Source: Treponemataceae bacterium (lineage in GTDB: Bacteria; Spirochaetota; Spirochaetia; Treponematales; Rectinemataceae). Taken from it: a stretch of 64,000 nucleotides of DNA. Shown one piece after another: positions 19,055-28,941 of the stretch. A program made the position numbers and the translations under genes. The number at the start of each line of letters is the position of its first letter. Within the stretch, counting starts at the first letter, position 1. A model generated the notes under the pieces. It worked only from the letters and a program-made list of their open reading frames with translations. It searched no databases and was not told the DNA's origin. The stretch lies in contig CAXXVZ010000003.1 of assembly GCA_963678065.2 (NCBI GenBank), positions 64,001-128,000 on the forward strand, given 5' to 3'.

Positions 19055-19683
19055 TGTCTGCCCGACCCGCTTGTCCGGGACCCGTCAGGACTCCCGAGGG
19101 GATAGAGCACGCGGATATCCGCCGGCAAATGCGCGATCGGGTTGTGCAGCATACCCAGGAAGAGGATGCCTGTTTCTCCCGCCTGTAGAGTCTGGTCGAT
19201 CCTCGCCGCGATGAAGGTATCCCGCTTCTCCAGGAGCTGATCGCTCGTCGCTTTCTGTTTGACATCGATTTTTATGGTCTCCCTGGCATTCCTCGCTTCG
19301 AGGATTTTTTTGGCGAGGCGATATTCCTCGATCAGCAGCTCTGCGGATTCCGTGCCCATGATCGTCGCCCCTTTTTCTTTGAGCCGGATGAGAAGCAGGT
19401 GATTCTGGCTGCCCATTTTCGCGATGTCCGCGACAATATCCGCCTCCTTGTCGCATATCGGCAGACCATCCTGATAAACACGTGTCCGCGCATACGGCAG
19501 CGAAAGGTCGTTGAAGACGATATCCTCGATGCTCGACCAGAACCGCCCGACCAGATCGACCTTCTGCCGCCACACGCGTTGGCCGAGTTTGCGCTGAGTG
19601 ACCTCCATGATGGACTGCCCGAGTGCGCCCATCTCCGATTGACTGTGTATGATGGGAAAGTAGTAAAGCGTTCGCGATGTCAT
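19051..19683 (-). CDS. GvpY-like protein
   Basis: FPIIHS, YQDGLP, MGTESAELL, ILFLGMLHN resemble Serratia GvpY from memory; also sits upstream of gvrA. Confidence 0.7.
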   Translation of the reverse strand: MTSRTLYYFPIIHSQSEMGALGQSIMEVTQRKLGQRVWRQKVDLVGRFWSSIEDIVFNDLSLPYARTRVYQDGLPICDKEADIVADIAKMGSQNHLLLIRLKEKGATIMGTESAELLIEEYRLAKKILEARNARETIKIDVKQKATSDQLLEKRDTFIAARIDQTLQAGETGILFLGMLHNPIAHLPADIRVLYPLGSPDGSRTSGSGRQ

Positions 19684-19843
19684 GGTTTTTCCGGTTTGAG
19701 TGCTTGTGCCATGTGTATAAATTTTCTATATCGCGACCCGGACCGCAATCACCGAATTCGGGGATACGTGGCTTGGGAAACCTGGATTCTGACTTTTCCC
19801 GGCACCGTTTCGCTGTGACGAGTCGGTGAGTCAGGCTTTCGCT

Positions 19844-20488
19844 CTATTCCGGCGACGTCATCCCTTCCCTGATGGCGTACTTGGTGAGTTCGGCGATGCT
19901 GTGCAGACCGAGCTTGTCCATGATGTGCTTGCGGTGCGAGTCGATCGTGGTCACGCTGACACCGAGCTTCGCCGCGACGTCCTTGTTGCTTTGCCCCTCG
20001 GCGAGCAGTTGCAGCACCTCGCGTTCCCGGTCGGACAGGGGCGAATCCATAGGCACCAGCATATCGGCCAGCTGGCTGATGTAGTCGGTGAGCAGCATGT
20101 CGGCGATCTTCGGATTGGTGTAGATGTGGCCGGACGCCACAGCCCGGATCGCGGCGGCCAACTCCTCGAAAGCAGAACCCTTCAGTACGTATCCCATCGC
20201 GCCCGCCCCGAACATCTGTCGCACGAAGCGTCGGTCCGCATGCATGGATAGAGCGATAACCTTGACTTCCGGCGTTTCCTTCCGGATCTGCCGCGTGGCC
20301 TCGATCCCGTTCAGGTCCGGCATCCCGATGTCCATCAGCACCACATCCGGCCGCAGGTCGCGCGCCATGCGTATGGCCGCGATTCCGTTTTCAGCCTCCC
20401 CGACCACGCTCATCCCGCTCTGCCCCTTAATCAACTCCTGCAGGCCCTCTCGCATCAGTGTGTGGTCATCGGCGATCAGTATTCTCAT
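19844..20488 (-). CDS. NarL/LuxR-family response regulator
   Basis: ILIADDH, MDIGMP, LSDREREVL LuxR HTH. Confidence 0.93.
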   Translation of the reverse strand: MRILIADDHTLMREGLQELIKGQSGMSVVGEAENGIAAIRMARDLRPDVVLMDIGMPDLNGIEATRQIRKETPEVKVIALSMHADRRFVRQMFGAGAMGYVLKGSAFEELAAAIRAVASGHIYTNPKIADMLLTDYISQLADMLVPMDSPLSDREREVLQLLAEGQSNKDVAAKLGVSVTTIDSHRKHIMDKLGLHSIAELTKYAIREGMTSPE

Positions 20489-20535
20489 GATCCTGCTCCC
20501 TGCCTGATTTCGATGTCCGCAATGCGGCGGCTTTA

Positions 20536-22686
20536 TCAGAGCGGCCGCATTGTGGGAACCGTCAACGACACCCGCGTCCCGCAGCCCGGTCCCGACTCGA
20601 TCGTACACTGCCCGCCTATCGCGGCCAGATACTCCCGTACGCTGTACAGCCCAAAACCGACTTCGTGATTCCGCCAGTCCAGGAGCGACAGGTCGAAGCC
20701 GCGCCCATCATCCTCGACGGTCACGCGGACCAGCTCCCCCACCCGCTCCATCGCCGCGCTCAGCCTTGTCGCCTTCGCGTGTTTGACGGTGTTCATCATC
20801 AGCTCGCGGACGCAGCGGAACAGCAGTACTTTCCGTTCATCGTCCAAGGATTTCGGCTCGCCGTCATCGCGATAGACGAAGGCCAATCCGTAATCCCGGC
20901 AGATTTTTTCGCCTGCCCACTCCACCGCTGCCGTCAAATCCAGCTGATGAAGGACCGGGGGACTCAGGTTGAACACCAGCGAGTGCATCCGGTCAATGGT
21001 CGTTTCCAGTATGTCACGAATCTGTGCGATGCTCGCTTGGGCAGGGCGTGAGTCGAGTGTCGTCGCCAGGATGCCGAGCTTTATCCGGAGCAATGCCAAG
21101 GCCTGCGCGATCTCATCGTGCAAGCTTGCGGCCAGTCGACGCCGCTCTCGCTCCTCGACCCGCGACAGTTCCATGGCCAATTGACGCAGCCGGGCCTCTG
21201 AAGCGCGCAGCGCCAGCTCCACCTGTTTGCGCTCGCCGATGTCGCGGCATATGCTCATCATCGCCGGTCGGCCATCCCAGGTGATCCGCCGCGCATTCAC
21301 GTCAGTCGGGATGAGAGAGCCGTCCCTGCGCCGATGTGCGGTTTCATACGAGAGATGCCCGCGCTCCATCAGCAAGGCTATCCGGTCCGGCGCGCGCGGA
21401 GCTTCCTCTTCCGAGTTCACCTGGTCGATTGTCATGGACAGCAACTCGGCATGAGTGTATCCAAGCCGCTCACAGGCCCTCGGATTGGCCGCCAGTATCC
21501 GCGCGCCTTCGTCGCAGATGAAGATCGCGTCGCCGGCATTGTCAAACAGAGTCATATATTTTTCTTCGCTCTCCTGCAACATCATCTCGATCCGGCGTTG
21601 CGACAGAGCTATCGCCATGTTGTCGGCGATCCTTTCGAAATGGGCGATCAGTTCGGGGCTGAATCGATTCTTCTGGTGGTCATTGAATTGCAGCAAACCG
21701 AAGATCCCGCGCGCCGCGCGCATAGGAATCAGCGCCAGTGATTCGTATCCCTCTTCAGCGCACCGAATGCGCGCGCTTGTCAGGCGGTCGACTTCGCCGA
21801 TACTGGCAAACAGGGAGCGGGCGCTGTTGGACCAGAAGCTCCCGTGGGCGGTGAAGAAGGGTTTTGTGGGATCGAAGCGGCCGGAAAGAACATTTCCGCA
21901 CATACACACGAGCACAGGGGTGTTTGCGCCATCGCGCAGGGTTCTGCCGTATCGGTCGTACGCAGAGAGGCGGTTCTCTGCGCGGACAAACGCGGGCGAA
22001 AAGCCTCGGCTCCAGTAATATGGATAATCATCCCCGGCGCTCAGGCGAATGCCGATGGCATCGCATCCCGCCCACTCTTGCAGGGAGGCGGCCAAGGTCG
22101 ATATATGCTCACGAATATCGCCCGGCGTGTTTACAATCGCGGTAAGACATGCCATCAACTCGCGCTCGCGCTCCTGGATCTTGCGCTCGGTGATATCGCT
22201 CATCACGACGTGGCACAGGGGAGTGCCATCGGCGTCCCGCGCATCGACGATCTCCATCCGTACCCAGAATGGAGCGGCGTCTGTTCGCAGCATCCGCAAT
22301 TCGCAGGTCCGCGATGTGCCGGCCTGCCCCGATCCTGCCAGCTCAGGGCCTGTCCGTATCGAATCTGTCGAATGGGTTTCATGAGGCTGTTCGCGGTGCA
22401 GGCTGTAGATGTTCCGGTCGTCAGGGAGAATGAACGTGGTGATCGGCTGCCTGACCAATGCGCTCCTGGCCAGACCCAAGAGGGCGGCGGCGGCGGGGTT
22501 GGCCTCCATGATCAGCCCCTCATCAGAGATGGTGCAGTAGCCCACCGGGACCAAGTCGTAGAAAGCGAGGTATCGCGCCCGCGCGGCCTCCGGTTCCGCC
22601 CGCACTTCGCGCGAATCCTGCCCTGAATCTGCCGAAAGAACGACGCCACCGGAGCGGGTATCCTTGTTGTTCATGTGGGCCTTCAT
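20536..22686 (-). CDS. PAS-GAF-PAS HisKA_3 sensor kinase
   Basis: ERERRRLAASLHDEIAQ, NTVKHA, DDGRGF, GFGL; start uncertain. Confidence 0.9.
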   Translation of the reverse strand: MKAHMNNKDTRSGGVVLSADSGQDSREVRAEPEAARARYLAFYDLVPVGYCTISDEGLIMEANPAAAALLGLARSALVRQPITTFILPDDRNIYSLHREQPHETHSTDSIRTGPELAGSGQAGTSRTCELRMLRTDAAPFWVRMEIVDARDADGTPLCHVVMSDITERKIQERERELMACLTAIVNTPGDIREHISTLAASLQEWAGCDAIGIRLSAGDDYPYYWSRGFSPAFVRAENRLSAYDRYGRTLRDGANTPVLVCMCGNVLSGRFDPTKPFFTAHGSFWSNSARSLFASIGEVDRLTSARIRCAEEGYESLALIPMRAARGIFGLLQFNDHQKNRFSPELIAHFERIADNMAIALSQRRIEMMLQESEEKYMTLFDNAGDAIFICDEGARILAANPRACERLGYTHAELLSMTIDQVNSEEEAPRAPDRIALLMERGHLSYETAHRRRDGSLIPTDVNARRITWDGRPAMMSICRDIGERKQVELALRASEARLRQLAMELSRVEERERRRLAASLHDEIAQALALLRIKLGILATTLDSRPAQASIAQIRDILETTIDRMHSLVFNLSPPVLHQLDLTAAVEWAGEKICRDYGLAFVYRDDGEPKSLDDERKVLLFRCVRELMMNTVKHAKATRLSAAMERVGELVRVTVEDDGRGFDLSLLDWRNHEVGFGLYSVREYLAAIGGQCTIESGPGCGTRVSLTVPTMRPL

Positions 22687-22914
22687 CGTTTTCCGCGGCG
22701 AGAGCGGCTACGTTGATGGATTTGGCCGTCGCATGCCACGGTCCGTACAAATAAGATAACATGCGTGCGTGATGTTGAACAGAGAGGAATCGAGTACCCG
22801 GCGATCGGTGTATCCGGTCCCCATAGTCGGGAGCATGAAAAAGGTCGATTATGGAAAAGGGCCGACGTGGACATGATCCTCGCCGGCCTCCTTTTCGTTG
22901 TGCCAGAGTCCCTA

Positions 22915-24015
22915 TCAACCTTCGATGATGATGCGGAGCATTCTTCTCAGGGGCTCGGCGGCGCCCCAGAGAAGCTGGTCGCCGCAGGTGAAGGCCTGGA
23001 GGTAGTCCGGACCCATCCTCATCTTGCGGATACGGCCGACGGGCACTTCGAGCTTGCCGGAGACGGCGGCCGGAGTCAGCCTCGCGAGGCTCTCCGCCTT
23101 GGTGTTGGGAACGAGCCTGACCCAGGGGTTGTCCGCCGCGATGATCGCCTCGAGGTCGGAGAGCGGGACATCCCGGTTCAGTTTGATCGTGAGCCCCTGG
23201 CTGTGGCAGCGCATCGCGCCCACGCGGACACAGATGCCGTCGACGGGAATGGGGGAAGTCGTGCCGAGGATCTTGTTGGTCTCCGCGAAGCCCTTCCACT
23301 CCTCCTTGCTCTGGCCGTCGGCGAACTCTCTGTCGATCCAGGGGAGGACGCTGCCCGCGAGGGGATAGCCGAAGGCCTTCACGGGGAACTCGCCGCTCCG
23401 GATGGTGTCGGTGACCTTCCTGTCTATGTCGAGGATGGCGGAGGCGGGATCAGCGAGGAGGCCGGACACCGGCGCGTGCAGGGCGCCCATCTGTGACAGA
23501 AGCTCGCGCATGTTGGGGGCGCCCGCGCCGGACGCCGCCTGGTAGGTCATGGACGTGAGCCATTCGACGAGTCCGGCGTGGAAGAGTCCTCCGAGGCCCA
23601 TGAGCATCAGGCTGACGGTGCAGTTCCCGCCGATGTAGTCCCTGGTGCCGGAGGCGAGGGCCCTGTCTATCACGTCGCGGTTGACCGGATCGAGGATGAT
23701 GACGGCGTCTTTCTCCATGCGCAGCGCGCTGGCCGCGTCGATCCAGTAGCCCTTCCATCCCGCCTTCCGGAGCGCCGGATGCGTGGCCGTCGTGTAGTCC
23801 CCGCCCTGGCAGGATATGATGATGTCGAGCGTGGAAAGATCGGAGACCGAATCCGCGGCGAGCAGGGTGCCCGCGTTCATGGGCGCAGGCTTGCCCGCCT
23901 GGGATGTCGAAAAGAACACAGGTTCGAATCCGAGATCGAAATCATGCTCCTCCTGCATGCGCTGGAGAAGGACCGAACCGACCATGCCACGCCATCCGAT
24001 AAAGCCAACTCTCAT
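22915..24015 (-). CDS. asd: Aspartate-semialdehyde dehydrogenase
   Basis: [40 protein letters not shown]. Confidence 0.97.
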   Translation of the reverse strand: MRVGFIGWRGMVGSVLLQRMQEEHDFDLGFEPVFFSTSQAGKPAPMNAGTLLAADSVSDLSTLDIIISCQGGDYTTATHPALRKAGWKGYWIDAASALRMEKDAVIILDPVNRDVIDRALASGTRDYIGGNCTVSLMLMGLGGLFHAGLVEWLTSMTYQAASGAGAPNMRELLSQMGALHAPVSGLLADPASAILDIDRKVTDTIRSGEFPVKAFGYPLAGSVLPWIDREFADGQSKEEWKGFAETNKILGTTSPIPVDGICVRVGAMRCHSQGLTIKLNRDVPLSDLEAIIAADNPWVRLVPNTKAESLARLTPAAVSGKLEVPVGRIRKMRMGPDYLQAFTCGDQLLWGAAEPLRRMLRIIIEG

Positions 24016-24196
24016 ACTCACCGTTCCTTGCCGGAAATTTGCATAAACATACCGTTTTGACATCGGGCTGTAAAGTCGTCTCTCCTGGACGATATGATCA
24101 TCACTGCGGTTTTTATATAAAAATCCATGAATACTTCTCCCGGGATTGGCCGGAACACACTATACTACTATGTGATACCACCCAAGGAGGCGTACC

Positions 24197-24655
24197 ATGG
24201 AAACCGTGAAGGACATCCTCGCCAGGAAAGGCGGCGAAGTCTACAAAGTCGGGCCGGATGCAAGTCTGTACGAGGCGCTCGAGAAAATGGCCGACCTCAA
24301 TATCGGCGCCATCCTCGTCGTCGACGCGGATGGCAAGATCCTCGGGATCTTCTCGGAACGCGATTTTGTCCGCAAGATAATCATCAAGGGGCGGGATGGA
24401 GACAGCACGAAGGTGAGGGAAATCATGACGACCCGCGTTCTCTACGTCGATCCCTCGACCTCGATCTCCGACTGCATGAACCTCATGACCGAAAAGCGCA
24501 TACGCCACCTTCCCGTCCTCGAGGACGGCGTGCCCGTCGGCGTCGTCTCGATCGGCGACGTCGTCAAGGCCCTCCTGAAAAAGCAGGAAGTCCTCATTTC
24601 GCAGCAGGCCTTCCAGATCGGTCAGCTCGAGCGCTACATCGCCGGAGGACCCTGA
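24197..24655 (+). CDS. CBS-pair protein
   Basis: GIFSERD, RHLPV, SIGDVV; AAGGAGG RBS. Confidence 0.92.
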   Translation: METVKDILARKGGEVYKVGPDASLYEALEKMADLNIGAILVVDADGKILGIFSERDFVRKIIIKGRDGDSTKVREIMTTRVLYVDPSTSISDCMNLMTEKRIRHLPVLEDGVPVGVVSIGDVVKALLKKQEVLISQQAFQIGQLERYIAGGP

Positions 24656-24821
24656 CCCACCCTGTCCACGGACGACTGATCCGGAAGGGCGCCGCTGGCT
24701 TCCGGAGGCTTTGGGATGCTTTGGAATGCTTGCGAAAATGAAAGGCATCCGGCCTCTCCTGTAAGCTACTTCGATGGAAGCTGATCCACATTCCTCCTAA
24801 TATGTTTACTTAGGAGGAATT

Positions 24822-25724
24822 GTGAGTTCAGTACGTTCCCGGTCATCTCGAAAGACTCTCATCCGGGCCGATGGGGATGACGATATCGGCTACATCGGTC
24901 ATGGATTCCAGAAGATGTCGCTCTCTTCGTCCCGTCCTCTCCTGTGGGGCATGTTTCTGTTCATCCTCGCCGCATCGACGGCCTTTGCCGGCGGAAGCTC
25001 AGCCTTCTCCCTGGACTGGAAGAAAGAGGCCGGTCTCGGTTTCGCCGGAATCGGAACCTTCGCATTCGGACACTATGCGGCGGAACGGATCGAGGGAAGC
25101 CCCGTAGCTCTCGGATGGTTCGACGAAGGAATCGTTTTTCCTTTTAACGGCGCCATAGACAAGGCAGGCGACCTTGGTTGCGTCGCGGGGCTGGCCGCCC
25201 TGCCTTTCCTTCTTGACGGAGTCGATTTGGAAAACGTCTCGACTGTGGGCATCATGTACCTCGAGAGTTTCCTCCTCGCAAATGGGCTGAAAGATCTCCT
25301 CAAATCTGCCGTCAGAAGACCCAGACCGACAAGCTTCCAACTCGACGGGGGCGGATACGACTCTCTTGACAGCGACGATCTCGCCAGCTTCCCCTCCGGC
25401 CACGCGACGCTGGCCTTCATGACAGCAGCGTTTTCTTCGTATGTTTTCTCGCTGGGGGATACGTCACCCGCCTCGAAGACCGCGATGACTCTCGCCTCAT
25501 TCACCTTGGCCGGCGCGACATCGCTCTCTCGAGTGTTTTCAGGCTCGCATTATGCCGCTGACATCGTAGCCGGCGCGCTTTTAGGATCGGCGATCGGATT
25601 CGTGATTCCCTGGATCCACGCGAAGGGGGAGGGGATGCCCGTTTCGGGAATCCGGATCGGAGAGGGTGGCTCCGGAATGGTCGGGGGCAGCGGTGCGACG
25701 ATTGTGCTCCGGCTTCCCTTGTGA
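24822..25724 (+). CDS. PAP2-family phosphatase
   Basis: KSAVRRPRP, SFPSGH, SRVFSGSHYAADI; true start probably downstream. Confidence 0.85.
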   Translation: MSSVRSRSSRKTLIRADGDDDIGYIGHGFQKMSLSSSRPLLWGMFLFILAASTAFAGGSSAFSLDWKKEAGLGFAGIGTFAFGHYAAERIEGSPVALGWFDEGIVFPFNGAIDKAGDLGCVAGLAALPFLLDGVDLENVSTVGIMYLESFLLANGLKDLLKSAVRRPRPTSFQLDGGGYDSLDSDDLASFPSGHATLAFMTAAFSSYVFSLGDTSPASKTAMTLASFTLAGATSLSRVFSGSHYAADIVAGALLGSAIGFVIPWIHAKGEGMPVSGIRIGEGGSGMVGGSGATIVLRLPL

Positions 25725-25820
25725 TACCGCGATTGTACTACTCGTGCTCTCCCCGCCTTGTCCAGGGCCTCGCTCTCTGAGTATCCTTCGGCACCGAATC
25801 ATGCAAAGGGAGCGCAGACG

Positions 25821-27533
25821 ATGGACGACGGCAACCGCGGGGAGGCGATTCCCTTCCTTTGGGAGACACACGGCATTCACGCCGGAACCAGCAGGGATCA
25901 CGTAAAACACGGAATCGACGATCTCGACGCCATCGCCGAAGAGGCGATCCGCCGCGCCTATCCCGGCGTGACCTTCGTGATCCACACCCCGCGCCTCACC
26001 CGCGTCAGGTATCAGTCCGAGCGCGTGACCGACATAAAATTCATCCGGGGCGACAGAGCCTACTCCGAGTACCCGGAACTCATGCGATCCATGCGGGAGC
26101 GGTACCTGGGCCGCCTCGAGATCCGGTACGGGATCGAGCTCGAGTGGCTGCCCGGCGAACTCGGCCTCTCCTGGAACCGTTCCAAGGTTTTCCAGTGCAG
26201 GGACGCCGATTTCGTGATCGGCTCCGTGCATTTCTCGCGCGAAGGATTGCCCTACGATGGCTCCCCCACTGAGTCGGCCACCCTTCTCGAGATGCGCGGC
26301 GGCGCGGAAGCTTACTGGCTCGGCTACCTCGACGAGATGATCGAGATGGTCGAGGAGTACCGCGACCTCATCCACGTCGTCGGGCATCTCGACCTTCCCA
26401 AACTTCACGTGCCTCTGCCCGGCTCCATGCTCGAGCCCGACGGCTCCTCGTCGATGCCGGCGCGCCGCATGCGCTTCCTTCTCGAGCTGATAAGTGAATC
26501 GGGACTCGCCCTCGACCTCAATCTCGCGGGCATCAGGAAGGGATGCGGCGTGTATCCTGATCCACGTATACTCGCGCGGGCGGCCTCGCTCGGCATTCCC
26601 GTCACCGTCGGGACCGACGCCCACGCCGTCGGGGACCTCGGCGCCGATTACTGCGCCGGAAGAGAGGCCATGAAAGATGCGGGGTACAGGTACTATCTCG
26701 GATTTTCAGGCGGCGTGCCGGAAAAGCGCCCCGTCGACGACCAGACTGAGTTCGGGGAGCCATTCCGGGTCCTCAACGCGGCGCTCGGCATGCTCGGACA
26801 GAGGATCGGCAGAGAAAAACGCCTTTCCGTGTCGGGCTTCGCCTTCGGCGGCAGATACCGGCGGCTGGAGTCGGTCTTTCCGGATTCCTCGTCGCTCGGC
26901 GCCTCCGACGCCCTGCGCGTCCGCCAGGGAGCGCACTTCGTGACCATGGGCGACGCGCCATCCCTCGCGGCCGCGAAGCCCTGCCGGCATCTTTTTTCGC
27001 GGCACGCAGATGTACCCGGAACTCTCGCCATCCTCTTCAACACCCTCGCCTCGGAGGAGATCAACGTCGGGACGGCCTATCTCGAATCGCTTGGCGACGG
27101 CAGCGCGACCGCCTGTCTCACGGTCAACGCCTGCGACGATGAAATCCTGGGAGCCATCGACTTCATACGCGGAACGGCCTCCGAGCGCTTCTTCGAGCTC
27201 TCGCTCCGAAGCGGCCCCATCCTGCCCGGCTACCGGCGCACAGGCCCCTGGCTCCTCGAAATCGACGGCGTCGAGCTGCCCATTCCCGTTTCCGAGCGGA
27301 TGATCCTCACCGTCCACGACAACAAACCCGGAACCCTCCTCATACTCCTCTCAGCTCTCGCCTCGCACAGCGTCAACATCCAGGACCTTCAGCTCGGCGA
27401 GCGCGGTTCGAAGGGCTACGCGGCCATCGGCGTCGAGGGAAACGACGGCGACATCGAGCTCGTTCTCTCGAGGCTGGGAAACAAGTTCCACGAGGCGACG
27501 CTGGTCAGATCGGAGCGCCTTGCCCGGAATTGA
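25821..27533 (+). CDS. HisJ-like PHP phosphatase fused to two ACT domains
   Basis: GIELEW, DFVIGSVH, GHLD, GTDAH; HADVPG and HDNKPG ACT starts. Confidence 0.75.
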   Translation: MDDGNRGEAIPFLWETHGIHAGTSRDHVKHGIDDLDAIAEEAIRRAYPGVTFVIHTPRLTRVRYQSERVTDIKFIRGDRAYSEYPELMRSMRERYLGRLEIRYGIELEWLPGELGLSWNRSKVFQCRDADFVIGSVHFSREGLPYDGSPTESATLLEMRGGAEAYWLGYLDEMIEMVEEYRDLIHVVGHLDLPKLHVPLPGSMLEPDGSSSMPARRMRFLLELISESGLALDLNLAGIRKGCGVYPDPRILARAASLGIPVTVGTDAHAVGDLGADYCAGREAMKDAGYRYYLGFSGGVPEKRPVDDQTEFGEPFRVLNAALGMLGQRIGREKRLSVSGFAFGGRYRRLESVFPDSSSLGASDALRVRQGAHFVTMGDAPSLAAAKPCRHLFSRHADVPGTLAILFNTLASEEINVGTAYLESLGDGSATACLTVNACDDEILGAIDFIRGTASERFFELSLRSGPILPGYRRTGPWLLEIDGVELPIPVSERMILTVHDNKPGTLLILLSALASHSVNIQDLQLGERGSKGYAAIGVEGNDGDIELVLSRLGNKFHEATLVRSERLARN

Positions 27534-27657
27534 GTCATCGGCCGGAAAGGGCATCGGGGCAGAGACGGATTCGGGGCAGAGGCGGAATCGGAGCGCCGCA
27601 GCGTCCATACACGTGCCGCGGCGTTCATGTAAATGCCGCCGCGCCGCCCGGCCATCC

Positions 27658-28941
27658 TCAGTCATCCATGAACACCGTGTCCTCGGGGCGGGCGATGATG
27701 TGGCCGGCCTCCTTGCCGAGGACGGCCTCGACCTCGGTCGAGCGTTTGCCGAGGACCGATCTGAGCTCCTCCGAGGAGAGAGAGCTGATCAGCTTCGCGA
27801 CCGCGTCCGGAGCGCCTTCGTCTGTGGCGACCCCACCGGCTGCGGTGACGCCGGCCACGGCGATGCCGGTAACGGTGATGACTGCGCCCCGGGGGAAATC
27901 GCCCTGCACGCCGGTCACTCCGCTCGGCAGGAGGGATTTTCTCGCCCTGATCGCGGCGAGCGCGCCTGAGTCGATGCTTATGCTTCCCTGCGGATTCGAG
28001 TTCTTGAGCCATCGCAGGCGATTTTTCAGCGCCGGTTCGGCGTCGAAGAGGGTTCCGAGGGCCTCGCCCGCGAGCAGGCGGGCGATGATGGCGTTTTCGC
28101 GCCCGTGCGCGACGACGACGCGGCAGTTCGCGTCCCTCGCTATGGATACCGCGGCCAGCTTCGTCTTCATGCCGCCTGTGGAGAATTCGGTGCCGCGCCC
28201 GCCGGCCGCGGCAAGAAGCTCCGGTCCGAGCTCTCTGACGTAGGGGATGGGCTTCGCTTCCGGATTCTCGCGGGGATCGGCGGTGTAGAGGGCATCCACA
28301 TCGGAGAGGATGAGGAGGGCATCCGCGTCGATCTTGCTGGCCACGTAGGCGGAGAGTCTGTCGTTGTCGCCGAAGGCGTTGCCGATCTCCGCTGTGGACA
28401 ATGTGTCGTTCTCGTTGAAGACAGGCACGACCCCTTCGTCCAGCAGAGTCTCCACGGTGGCGCGCAGGTTGAGGTAGGCCTCGCGGTTATCCCAGGACTC
28501 GCGCGTGACGAGGATCTGGGCTGTCGTGAGTCCGAAGACGCCGAAGGCGCGGCGGTATTCGTCCATGAGGAGGGGCTGGCCGATGGCGGCGCAGGCCTGT
28601 CGCATGCGGACTTCGGTCACGCGCCTCGTGAGGCCGAGCTCGCGGGCACCCATGCCGATGGCTCCCGAGGTGACGAGGATGAGCTCCTTGCCTGCGCGGG
28701 AGAGGTCGGCGATCTGGGCGGCGACGCGGTGAAGGTATTCGGTGTCGACACCGCCACGGTCTCTCGCCGCAGCCCTGGCCTTCGCGCGGGCTGAGCTCCT
28801 GTCTTTCGGCGATCCCGGAGGCACTTCCCCGGAAGTTTCCGCCTGTTTGGGGCGAGTCACCGTGGCCGTGCCTATCTTGACGACGATGCGCCTCGCCTTG
28901 GCGAGATCCATCCTGGCCGCGCTCTCTTCATCGGTCTGCAT
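27658..28941 (-). CDS. proB: Glutamate 5-kinase with PUA domain
   Basis: VVKIGT, TSGAI, NENDT, FGDNDRLSA, TGGMKTK, SLLPSG. Confidence 0.95.
   Translation of the reverse strand: MQTDEESAARMDLAKARRIVVKIGTATVTRPKQAETSGEVPPGSPKDRSSARAKARAAARDRGGVDTEYLHRVAAQIADLSRAGKELILVTSGAIGMGARELGLTRRVTEVRMRQACAAIGQPLLMDEYRRAFGVFGLTTAQILVTRESWDNREAYLNLRATVETLLDEGVVPVFNENDTLSTAEIGNAFGDNDRLSAYVASKIDADALLILSDVDALYTADPRENPEAKPIPYVRELGPELLAAAGGRGTEFSTGGMKTKLAAVSIARDANCRVVVAHGRENAIIARLLAGEALGTLFDAEPALKNRLRWLKNSNPQGSISIDSGALAAIRARKSLLPSGVTGVQGDFPRGAVITVTGIAVAGVTAAGGVATDEGAPDAVAKLISSLSSEELRSVLGKRSTEVEAVLGKEAGHIIARPEDTVFMDD

Noticed and set aside
19696..19712. Sigma-54 promoter before gvpY (TGGCACA on the minus strand)
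   Set aside because: No GC at the -12 position.
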